A stretch of DNA of 43,035 nt from a virus, in the IMG/VR virus record IMGVR_UViG_3300014949_000001; one strand, written 5' to 3'. Shown here piece after piece: positions 1 through 7,900 of the stretch; position 1 is the first letter of the stretch, and each line of letters begins with the position of its first letter. The notes under the pieces are model-generated. The model saw only the letters and a list, made by a program, of their open reading frames with translations, was not told the DNA's origin and ran no database searches. The position numbers and the translations under genes were made by a program.

Positions 1-99
1 GCCGCTGCGCAGCGCATACAGCCCGCCGACCGTCAGCTCCACCGGCCACGGTATGATCTCCGCTCGCTTCGACTCCCACGCAATCTCTCCGCTGTTTCC
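1..99. repeat. Terminal direct repeat, left copy (identical to 42937-43035)
   Basis: Read directly: bases 1-99 equal 42937-43035 base for base. This is typical of a circular contig written linearly with an assembler overlap. Confidence 0.95.
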
Positions 100-129
100 G
101 ATCTGCACGCGGCGCACCCGATACATCAT
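1..129 (-). CDS. 5' part of a 58-aa hypothetical protein that spans the circular junction (continues 42936->42889)
   Basis: ATGATG at 129-124 is preceded by GGGAGGAAAGACC. The frame stays open to base 1 and continues in frame through the repeat to TGA at 42891-42889 (MMYRVRRVQIGNSGEIAWESKRAEIIPWPVELTVGGLYALRSGRLYRVEGREDHGAES). Confidence 0.6.
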   Translation of the reverse strand, partial: MMYRVRRVQIGNSGEIAWESKRAEIIPWPVELTVGGLYALRSG

Positions 130-141
130 GGTCTTTCCTCC

Positions 142-789
142 CTAACTTTCGTATGGAGACGGCCAGCTCCAGTCCCAGTATTCGCCGCCGTCCCACTCGG
201 TTCTGAATGTGTTGTGTTTCCCGTCGCCGCCGAAGAAGAGATATTCCGGCGGCAGCACACGGCCCACATCTGTCTCGCCCTGTTTTTCCCGCTGCCATCT
301 GTCGATGACATCCAGCGCCAGTTCTTTGAGTACCGGAAGCACCGGGTTCGTCGGGTCGTACCCGTGATACTGTGCGCTCTGCGTGACGACGCTTATGATG
401 TTGTCCGGATAATACGGGTCATCGCTGTCTACGCGGTTCAGGATGTTCCAGTAGATCGCGGCCCATTCCGTCTTCGACTGGCAAATCCAGCCCTCGCCGA
501 AGCACGCCTGCGCCATATACCGGGCCTCTTCGTCCCAGTTCTGTTCCGGCTCTGGTTCTTCTTCCGGTTCCGGATTCTGAGCGGGCGGCTCGTCCGGCTC
601 CAGCTCCTGCGTCACCGGCTGCGCGGCTGCGGCTTCAGCCGCCTCTTTCGCTTCCTGCTTGCTGCGGTTCCGCGCAGTGCAGGCCAGCACTACGCCAGTC
701 ACCAGGATACACGCCGCTACCAGCAGCTGCAGCTGGCGGATTCTTCTCCGCCGCCTCCGGGAGTACCTGCGTCTATGGCCTTGCTGCAT
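142..789 (-). CDS. Membrane-anchored cell-wall hydrolase, SleB/CwlJ-like (Hydrolase_2-like)
   Basis: 215 aa. Basic N-terminus plus one TM helix, an acidic P/E linker, then a pattern resembling SleB-type hydrolases (ARYMAQACFGEG...AAIYWNILNRV...PDNIISVVTQSAQYHGY). RBS is GGGAGG. Confidence 0.55.
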   Translation of the reverse strand: MQQGHRRRYSRRRRRRIRQLQLLVAACILVTGVVLACTARNRSKQEAKEAAEAAAAQPVTQELEPDEPPAQNPEPEEEPEPEQNWDEEARYMAQACFGEGWICQSKTEWAAIYWNILNRVDSDDPYYPDNIISVVTQSAQYHGYDPTNPVLPVLKELALDVIDRWQREKQGETDVGRVLPPEYLFFGGDGKHNTFRTEWDGGEYWDWSWPSPYES

Positions 790-1030
790 ACCGGAATCCT
801 CCCGCCGCCCAAGTAAGCAGCACGCCAGCCACGCCGGTTCCCATCACGCGCACCGTTCCGATGCCGAGCGCCATGGTTCCGTTCTCCATACCACCGACGA
901 CGCCCAGCAGAAGCAGAAAACAAAGCGCCGCCAGCACGCCGCAAATCCTCCGTCTTGCCCGCACATCCTTCCGGCTGCGGTGCCGTGTCCGCTGCGTATG
1001 CTCTCGCAGCACAATGATCTTCTGCTCCAT
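773..1030 (-). CDS. Small hypothetical membrane protein
   Basis: 85 aa. Basic N-terminus followed by two hydrophobic G/L/V-rich segments. Has an RBS and overlaps the next gene start. Confidence 0.5.
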   Translation of the reverse strand: MEQKIIVLREHTQRTRHRSRKDVRARRRICGVLAALCFLLLLGVVGGMENGTMALGIGTVRVMGTGVAGVLLTWAAGGFRYAARP

Positions 1031-1046
1031 CTTCCTCGTCCTCTCT

Positions 1047-1463
1047 TTATAGGAATGGCAGCGGCTCGCTGCCGCTCAGTTCTGTCCAGGTATCCGGCAG
1101 ATCATCGTCCGCAAGCGGTGCATCTGCGGCTGCGTCCTTCCGGCTGTCCGCAAAATACATACTTTCAACCTGAAGCTCTGTGCTCTTCCGGCTCTGATCG
1201 TGCCGGTCTTTCCATGTCCTGGTCTGCATCCGGCCCGCAGCCACGGCCATGCGTCCTTTGGAGAACCATTTGCAGATAAACTCTGCCGTGTTCCGCCAGG
1301 CAGTGCAGTCGATAAAGTCGGCGGCTCGCTGGCCGGTCTGCTCGTTCGGCTTTCCGTCCCGCTCTACAGCCAGCGTGAAGCTGCAGCAGGCGACGCCGGA
1401 GTTCGTGTGCCGCAGCTCTGGGTCTGCTGTCAGCCGTCCCATGATGATGCAGCTGTTCAGCAT
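1047..1463 (-). CDS. ssb: Single-stranded DNA-binding protein
   Basis: MLNSCIIMGRLTADPELRHT... OB-fold N-terminus and an acidic C-terminal tail ending DDDLPDTW..EPLPFL. Start chosen at 1463 (GGGAG RBS) rather than the ORF-track start at 1478. Confidence 0.9.
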   Translation of the reverse strand: MLNSCIIMGRLTADPELRHTNSGVACCSFTLAVERDGKPNEQTGQRAADFIDCTAWRNTAEFICKWFSKGRMAVAAGRMQTRTWKDRHDQSRKSTELQVESMYFADSRKDAAADAPLADDDLPDTWTELSGSEPLPFL

Positions 1464-1822
1464 GTGCCCAGCTCCCACTTCGCCATAATGTTCTGCGCGG
1501 CCCGCTCCGTCAGCCCGATGAAATCCTCGTCCGTCGTGCCCATGAGAATGGCGTTGCCAACGATGACGTCATTGTAGGCAGCAGACAGATCTGTCGCCGT
1601 CTGATTGACCGGCAGGCTCTGCAGCTTTCCTTCCTCGTTGACGATGAGTGCGAGGCCGACGCCGGGTTCCTGGCTCCATCCCTGTGCCAGCGCTGTCGGC
1701 ACCGCCTGGATGTGCCCTTCCACGATCTTCTGCATCTCTTCCAGGCTCAAACAGTCTCCGGGGTAGCAGTGCAGCAGCGCCATTTCCTCGTTCGGCCTGA
1801 TGATGATTGCATATCTCTCCAT
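1457..1822 (-). CDS. DUF3846-like protein
   Basis: 121 aa from the ATG at 1822 (RBS GAAGGAGG). The pattern ...LALIVNEEGKLQSLPVN...VIVGNAILMGTTDEDFIGLT... resembles DUF3846 proteins of phages and conjugative elements. Confidence 0.55.
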   Translation of the reverse strand: MERYAIIIRPNEEMALLHCYPGDCLSLEEMQKIVEGHIQAVPTALAQGWSQEPGVGLALIVNEEGKLQSLPVNQTATDLSAAYNDVIVGNAILMGTTDEDFIGLTERAAQNIMAKWELGTC

Positions 1823-1836
1823 GTGTTTTTCCTCCT

Positions 1837-2199
1837 TCACCAGTTCACGCACAATTCCTCGTCCAGAATCTGAAATGTTCCGGTCGGCTTCTCTTCCGTT
1901 GGCTGCAGGTCTTCCTCATCCATATAGTTCCTGCCGAACTCCCGCATGAAGTCCTCCTTCGTCCAGCCCATCCGCTCCATGGCCATCTTCTGGCCGTAGC
2001 GGTGCAGCTCGTCCATGGTCTCCCGGCAGCTGTGCACCGCTTTCTCCCCGAAGATGTGGCAGCTTCCGTGGCACAGGTAAACTGTCAGACCGTACTTCTC
2101 GCTCTTCTTGCGGTATGCGCCGCCGAAGATGTGGTGCTTGTCCAGCGGCTCTGCCGTCCCGTTCCTGCCGCACAGCCAGCAGCTTCTTCCTGTGTACAT
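1837..2199 (-). CDS. HNH-type nuclease, RecA-dependent nuclease (Ref)-like
   Basis: 120 aa. CWLCGR...LDKHHIFGGAYRKKSEKYGLTVYLCHGSCH metal-binding/HNH-like signature. Strong RBS GAAGGAGG. Confidence 0.5.
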   Translation of the reverse strand: MYTGRSCWLCGRNGTAEPLDKHHIFGGAYRKKSEKYGLTVYLCHGSCHIFGEKAVHSCRETMDELHRYGQKMAMERMGWTKEDFMREFGRNYMDEEDLQPTEEKPTGTFQILDEELCVNW

Positions 2200-2212
2200 C
2201 TTTCTGCCTCCT

Positions 2213-2506
2213 TCAGGTTTCTGCGGCGTGTCTCTTGCAGCGCCCGTCCACGCCTACGCCTTTGAACTTGCCCTTGTTCGCTCTCGCGCGGGCAGCGTCC
2301 AGCCGTGCCTTGTCGATGTCGTACTCGAATCTGCCGTTCGCATCCAGCTTGTCGGTCATGCCCCGGTTCAGCTCGCGGTATACGGAAGTCTCGTGCAGTC
2401 CCACCGCATCCGCGATGTCGCCCACCTTCCAGCCATCTTTGTACAGCCTTGCGATCTCCATGCGCACCTCGTCATCCATGACCTTGTATTTCAATTCAGT
2501 GCTCAA
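2213..2506 (-). CDS. Small helix-turn-helix DNA-binding protein (IS30-HTH/HTH_38-like fold)
   Basis: ...EIARLYKDGWKVGDIADAVGLHETSVYRELNRG... TTG start at 2506 is preferred (AAGGAG plus 8 nt). The upstream starts at 2551 and 2536 lie inside a terminator hairpin and its T-run. Confidence 0.6.
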   Translation of the reverse strand: MSTELKYKVMDDEVRMEIARLYKDGWKVGDIADAVGLHETSVYRELNRGMTDKLDANGRFEYDIDKARLDAARARANKGKFKGVGVDGRCKRHAAET

Positions 2507-2536
2507 CCTTCTCACTCCTTCCGCCCGTTTGAGCAT

Positions 2537-2581
2537 AAAAAAATATCGCAAGTCGAACCGTTTAGGTTCTTCTTGCGATAT
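2537..2581 (-). terminator. Rho-independent terminator downstream of the IS30-type transposase gene
   Basis: 10-bp stem ATATCGCAAG (2543-2552) / CTTGCGATAT (2572-2581) with an inner GAACC/GGTTC stem. On the minus strand it is followed by T7 (A-run 2537-2543). Confidence 0.75.
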
Positions 2582-3777
2582 ATTTTACAGGTTGCCCATG
2601 CAAAATGCAATACTTATCGCAAGATTTTTCAATTAAAAAATAGCCAGACTTTCACGCCATGATTTGTGCAAGTTGTTCATTGAACGCTCTGGCTGCCGTT
2701 GTCCGTCCCAAAATCTCCCGTGGGTAGTTGTTCATCCAGTCTGCCGCTGCGATGATCTCCTCGTCCGGCACCTCGTCGAAGTTCGTGCCCTTCGGGAACA
2801 GCCGCCGGAACATCTTGTTCAGATTCTCGTTGCTGCCGCGCTCATAGCTGCTGTACGGGTGGCAGTAGTACATCTTCGTCCGCTGCCCGCCGAAGATGGA
2901 AGTCTCCATGCCCTCACAGTCAGAGAACTCGCTGCCATTGTCCACGGTGATGCTGCGGAAGATTTTGCTGAACAGCGCGCCATACTTCCGCTCCAGTCCG
3001 TTCAGCGCCGCCACCACGTTCTCCATGGTCGCGCCGTACATGGGCAGCGTGATCTCGTTGCGGCTCAGTCTCTCCGTCAGTGTCAGCACGCACTTCTTCG
3101 TCTTTTGCTTGCCCTTCACAGTGTCCATCTCCCAGTGAAACGGCTCTTCCCGCTGGTTTATTTCCTCCGGCCTGCGTTCGATGCTCTCGCCCTGCGGTGG
3201 ACGCGATGCCGAGCGCACACGATTGTATCCGCGCTTGGTCTCTCCATGCAGCGGCAGGTCTTTGTTGGTGATGTTCAGAAATACGCCGTTCGTGATGTAG
3301 TTGTAGATGGTCTTCTCGCACACGCGCACGGAAAACTGTTTTCCCTCCAGTTCAATGTCCATCAGGACAGCAGCGGGGCTGCGCCCCTCGTCAGCGATCT
3401 TGCGCTCAATGTAGTCCGCCAGCGCATAGTCATTCCCCAGCTTGATCGGTCTGCCCTTGGCGGTCTTTCCGTATTCATACTGTTGTTGCGCGATGTCGGC
3501 GGAGTAGCGCTTGTCCGTGGTGTAGTCGCCGTTCAGGTGGTCGTACATCACGCCCGGACGCTTCAGCTCCCGGTACACGGTGGTGTAGTTGACGCGCAGC
3601 GCGTCCGCGATCTCCTGAATCCCGGCTCCGCCGTTGTACATCTGCTCGATCTTCAGTCTGTCAGTGTAGGTCAGGTGGTGGAACCGCTTGAACTTTCTCT
3701 CCATGCCGTGTTTCTCCTTTGCGCTTTCTTGCGCTTATTCTAAAGCTGATTACGGCAGGTGTCAATATATGCAAAAT
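2582..3777 (-). mobile_element. IS30-family element or phage-domesticated DDE recombinase unit (boundaries not resolved)
   Basis: A single transposase ORF bracketed by terminators. No convincing terminal inverted repeats were found by eye, so the extent is only the inter-terminator interval. Confidence 0.35.
2652..3704 (-). CDS. IS30-family DDE transposase
   Basis: 350 aa. N-terminal HTH (IQEIADALRVNYTTVYRELKR). DDE triad context HWEMDTV ... ITVDNGSEF ... HPYSSYERGSNENLNKMFRR. RBS AAAGGAG. Confidence 0.93.
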   Translation of the reverse strand: MERKFKRFHHLTYTDRLKIEQMYNGGAGIQEIADALRVNYTTVYRELKRPGVMYDHLNGDYTTDKRYSADIAQQQYEYGKTAKGRPIKLGNDYALADYIERKIADEGRSPAAVLMDIELEGKQFSVRVCEKTIYNYITNGVFLNITNKDLPLHGETKRGYNRVRSASRPPQGESIERRPEEINQREEPFHWEMDTVKGKQKTKKCVLTLTERLSRNEITLPMYGATMENVVAALNGLERKYGALFSKIFRSITVDNGSEFSDCEGMETSIFGGQRTKMYYCHPYSSYERGSNENLNKMFRRLFPKGTNFDEVPDEEIIAAADWMNNYPREILGRTTAARAFNEQLAQIMA

Positions 3778-3799
3778 CCCTCCGCCCGCAGGTGGAGGG
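3778..3799 (-). terminator. Terminator-like hairpin immediately after the XRE gene
   Basis: CCCTCC-N10-GGAGGG starts 1 nt after the stop at 3801-3803. On the minus strand it is followed by ATTTTGCATATATT. Confidence 0.55.
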
Positions 3800-3800
3800 A

Positions 3801-4043
3801 TTATTCTTTTCCCAGCAGCCAGTCCGTGCTCACGCGCAGCACCTCGGCCAGTATCGGCAGCTCAAAGTCCGGCACCACGCGCTTGCCGGTTTCAATTCTG
3901 CTCACGGCCATCTGTCCCAGCTGAAGGCCGGCCAGCTGCAGCTTCGCCGCCAGCTCTTCCTGTGACCAGCCCATACGCATTCGCGCCTCGCGCACCCGCT
4001 CGCCGCATAGATTAAAGCGATCTCCCAGTGTATACAGCCGCAC
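3801..4043 (-). CDS. XRE-family HTH transcriptional regulator (Cro/CI-like)
   Basis: 80 aa. GERVREARMRMGWSQEELAAKLQLAGLQLGQMAVSRIETGKRVV is a canonical HTH_3 pattern. GTG start with RBS GAGGAGG. Confidence 0.9.
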   Translation of the reverse strand: MRLYTLGDRFNLCGERVREARMRMGWSQEELAAKLQLAGLQLGQMAVSRIETGKRVVPDFELPILAEVLRVSTDWLLGKE

Positions 4044-4157
4044 AGCTCCGCCTCCTCATAATCATCTTTTGCATATTCTTGCTTGAACTTACCATGTCTT
4101 CGTGTTAATCTTATAAAAAAGATGATTAGACGGAAAATATTTTTTGGAGGTATACCT
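4044..4157. promoter_or_regulatory. Divergent control region with a 12-bp perfect inverted repeat
   Basis: TAATCATCTTTT (4059-4070) and AAAAGATGATTA (4117-4128) are exact reverse complements. Each therefore sits upstream of the RBS of one divergent gene in the same relative orientation. A TTGAAC-N17-TAATCT promoter-like pair lies at 4083-4111 (+). Confidence 0.5.
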
Positions 4158-4859
4158 ATGAAATGGCTCGTATATGGCTGCGGTCTTCTGATTTCCAGCG
4201 CCGCGCTTGTTGCTCTCTCCATGTCCGGTGTGTTTCCTGCCCTCGGCGGTATCGGCTCCGGGCTGTTGACAGTCTGCGTCTACTTTCTCGGTGTATATCT
4301 CGCGCCGCGCCTCATCATTCATCGCCTTCAGCAGCGTGTTTCGAAAGAGAAGCCCGAAGATATTGTTACCATTGAGCCAAATCGCAAGCCCGTTCGCCGC
4401 GATGTCGTCGGCTATCAGCTGGCTATATTTATCCTTGTTTGTGCATCGGTTCTCTTTGCTCTCCGATGCGGCAGCGCATCCAGCGAAGTCGAGCAGCTGC
4501 AGGCGCAGCTCGAAGAGCAATATCACGACCGTTATGAAGAAGGCTATGCAGATGCCGAAAGTACCGCCTATGAAAGCGGCTATGATGTCGGGTGTAAAGA
4601 TGGCTACAGCACCGGCTATGCCGACGGAGATGCTGCTGGCCGCAGTGCAATCCTGTCCACTTACTACAATGAGCTGCGCTTCTTTCGCAACGGCGCTTGT
4701 ATCGTCACGGAAGAAGGCTATCGTTATCACCACTATGGCTGCCATCACATTGCAGGGCGCGAGTATTGGATATACAACACCGAGTTGGCAGAATATAAAG
4801 GCTATTCTCCCTGCATTGATTGTTGGGAAGATGGGCTTTTGACAATTACACTGAGCTGA
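4158..4859 (+). CDS. Membrane protein with C-terminal Cys/His (Ada-like Zn-binding) motif; the only plus-strand gene
   Basis: 233 aa from the ATG at 4158 (GGAGG plus 8 nt). About 3 TM helices, a coiled-coil, a GY-rich acidic stretch, then YHHYGCHHIAGRE...YSPCIDCW. Has its own promoter region and terminator. Confidence 0.7.
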   Translation: MKWLVYGCGLLISSAALVALSMSGVFPALGGIGSGLLTVCVYFLGVYLAPRLIIHRLQQRVSKEKPEDIVTIEPNRKPVRRDVVGYQLAIFILVCASVLFALRCGSASSEVEQLQAQLEEQYHDRYEEGYADAESTAYESGYDVGCKDGYSTGYADGDAAGRSAILSTYYNELRFFRNGACIVTEEGYRYHHYGCHHIAGREYWIYNTELAEYKGYSPCIDCWEDGLLTITLS

Positions 4860-4869
4860 TAACGAAGCA

Positions 4870-4899
4870 GAACACCGCCGGGTCTCCCCGGCGGTGTTC
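4870..4899. terminator. Bidirectional rho-independent terminator between convergent genes
   Basis: Perfect 13-bp stem GAACACCGCCGGG / CCCGGCGGTGTTC with loop TCTC. Followed on the plus strand by a T-rich stretch (TTGTCTTAT); the minus-strand side is only weakly T-rich (TGCTTCGTTAT). It lies between the stops at 4859 (+) and 4905 (-). Confidence 0.85.
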
Positions 4900-4904
4900 T
4901 TGTC

Positions 4905-7900
4905 TTATCCCTTCGGCAGTACCAGCCCGCCGGTGTAGCTTGTGCCATCCGGCAGCACGATGCCGCTCTCTGTCTCAGCGTTCAGCGCATCGTAGACTTT
5001 CTGCCCCACGCTGGTGCTGTACGGGTTTTTCGCAGGCTTCCAGCTCTTGTTTGCCAGCTGCCACAGTGCAGCCTGCTGCGTCACCGTCAGGCTCTGCCCG
5101 CCGCCTGCTCCCGGCAGTACGATACCGTTACCGCCGCCGCCCATAGAATCAATGGCCGCTTCCACCTCTTCCTGCTTGAACGTGCCGTTGCCGTCAAAAT
5201 CGAACTTCGGCAGCAGCTCCCGGAATGCGACATACGCTTCCGGTGTCACGCCGTAGCTGTATCCCGTCTGCAGCTTGCTGTACTCGCTCTCCTGCATCAT
5301 CTCGCCCAGCACGTTCATCTGCTCTTCGGTGCTCAAGCCCGCATCCACCACTGCGCGGTAAAGCTGCAGGTCGCTCACGCTGTCCTTGCCGTCCTCCGGC
5401 TCCAGTGCGTTCAGGCTGTTTGCCAGCTCATAGGCTGCGTCATCACTCAGTCCCGCCGAAACGAAGCTGTCGTACCGTGCTGCCTCCGCCGGAATCTGAC
5501 TGTAATACTTGAAGCAGTCCCGCACGGTTTCCGCCTGCTCTGCGGTCAGATTCTGACTGTTCACCCAGTGGGAGAACTCCACCGCCTTCTCTGATGCGCC
5601 GCTGTACTTCTCGTTGACGGTGGTGTACTCGTTCTGCACCTTCAGGAACGTGTCAAAGTCCAATCCCGCCTGCTCGAATGCCATAATGTCATCGTCTCGG
5701 CTCGTGGTGTAGCTGCCGTCTTCCTGCTTCTCGCCGAATAGGCATCTGTACATCTCCCGCTTCTCGTCGTCCGTCAGTGGGCTTTCCGCCAGCGCGGTGC
5801 GCTTTGCGTTGGATGCTTCTGCTCCTTTCAGACTTCCCGCGTTTTTAACATCCAGCAGCACCTGCGTCACCGCGCCCATGTCTGCGTCGCTGTCGGCCAG
5901 TGCGTCCATCAGCTCCCGCTCTTTGTCGGTTGCCATCAGCCCATAATAGACCACGCTCTTTCCGTCGCCGGATATGTCTGCGGCCTGCAGCACTCTTCGT
6001 TCCGCTTCGGCCTTGCTTTCCGTCTCCGTTTTCTTCGTTCCGCGCAGTTCCTTCAGCAGGTTGTACGCATCTTCTTCCGGCACGCCAGCCTCCGTCATTC
6101 CCTGATAGGCGGCAGTCTCCTTTGCGCCAAAGCTCTTGAATCCGCTCTCTACCCAGTCTCTTCCGGTCTTCAGTGAGGTTTTCCCGAACAGCATGGCTTG
6201 CCCCGCGTTCAGTGCAGCCTGCCACGGGTCATCGTTGTATACCGGGTACTGCAGCAGATCATTGCCTTCGGCATCCACCGAATAGCTTCCCCCTTTGATC
6301 GTTGCGCTCAGTCCTTGGTAAATCTTCTTCAGCTGTCCGCCGCCGAATGGAAGCGCCAGATAGGTCAGCGGGTTCATCAGTTCTTTGCCCGCCGTGGCCA
6401 GCTTCTTCTTGGTGCTCCATGTGTCGCTCGTCACAGTCTTCAGCAGGTTGTCCCAATCCGGCAGAGCGCTGCTGATCGGGACGCGCCCGCCGCCCAGCAC
6501 GCCGCCGATGAACGGCAATTCCTCCGCCACATCGCCCAGCGTTTCGGTCACGGTGTCGTAGGCGTTTTTCTTCTCCGTCTCAAAAGACGGCATATCGCCT
6601 GTCACAGCACCTACGCCCAGCTCCACAAGGTTCGGCAGCTCATATCCGGTGATGTCGCCCACGGTGTCGTTCAGGATGCCCAGCGGGTCAAGCGCCGGTC
6701 TGCGTCCGATGAAATATTCGTAGACTTCATCGTACAGCCATGCGCCGAGGAAGAACTTGAACAGCGCCATTGCCAGCGCCGCCAGCCCCTTCTCCTTGTA
6801 TGCGCGCGGCATATCCTTGAAGAGATAGCTCAGCTGGTTGTTGACCTCCAGCTGGAACTGCGTGAAGACCTTCGTCATCGGATTGCTCCGATTGAACAGT
6901 GTCGGCGTGGAGCCTTTGCTGCGGTCAGCCATCACGCCCGCCGTCCAGTTGTCCGCCTCCGTCATGGCGGCAGTCTCGCTCATCCCGCGCTTCAGGTTCT
7001 GGTTGTACCGCGCACGCACCAGACTTCCGGCGGTAAACTGGTCGATATACTCCATCGGCGAAGACATGGTGGCCGATGCTTTCTGTGCCCATGTCCGCAC
7101 CAGCGGGTCGCTGCCCTTACGGTTGGTCAGGAAGGCAGACGCATCCACAATGCCGTCGTTTTCTTTGAAGCTCTGCAGCGTCTGCCACATGCCGCGCAGC
7201 AGTTCCCCGCGGTCAAGCATCGCGCCTCCCTGCGTCAGCGGGATGAAGTTTGTCAGCCACGATGCCGGGTTAATGGCCACCATGTTGGCAGCCACGCGGC
7301 TCTCCAGTCCCTTCACAAGGTTGTACATGTTTCTGCCCAGTGCCTGCTCCATGTTGCGGTCTGCGCGGCTCTTCTTGTTGGCCAGCAGGTTGGTGTACTC
7401 CTCCAGCTCCACCACGAAGTTCGACAGCGCAAACCGCCCGTCTTCGTAGATGCTGTCGATCTTGCTGCGCTTCTCTTCCTCTGTCAGCCGCGTGTCGGCG
7501 TACACCGTGTCCACCTGCTTGCGGATGCCCTCGTCGCCGGTGCGGTAGCGCGCCTGCGTCGCCAGTGTCCGCAGCTTCTGGATGTTGTCGGTCTGATAGA
7601 TAACGTCCGCCACGCCCTCGATGTATCGGTCGAAGCCCTCCACCGCGTCATAGGCCGTGTCGAAGCCGAGGCGCTGCTGTGCATTGCCGAACCACTGGAT
7701 GCCCGGTCGGAAGGTGTGCGTCAGTCCGTTGATGGTGGTGGGCAGTGCCGTCACCTGTGTGTCAATGCCCAATGCCCTGCCGAACAGTCCCATGATGCCG
7801 TCGCCGTCACCCGGCTGGAAATGTGGGAAGTAGCCGCTGCGGTAGTTCACTGGCTCGTACCCGTTGCGTACTCTGGCCTCGTTCATCTGCTGGAACAGCT

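Noticed and set aside
1-99. The 99-bp terminal repeat as a biological direct terminal repeat (T7-like DTR)
   Set aside because: The exact k-mer-like length, together with a gene that is only complete when the ends are merged, favours an assembly overlap. Biological DTRs cannot be excluded without reads.
2507-2551. Upstream starts (TTG at 2551, ATG at 2536) of the small HTH gene
   Set aside because: They lie inside the terminator hairpin and T-run at 2537-2581. The TTG at 2506 has AAGGAG at the proper spacing.
2598-3777. 9-bp direct repeat ATGCAAAAT (2598-2606 and 3769-3777) as a target-site duplication of the IS30-type element
   Set aside because: The sequences just inside the two copies do not form inverted repeats. 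9 bp is longer than the 2-3 bp typical of IS30, and it could be chance in AT-rich DNA. Kept only as a note.
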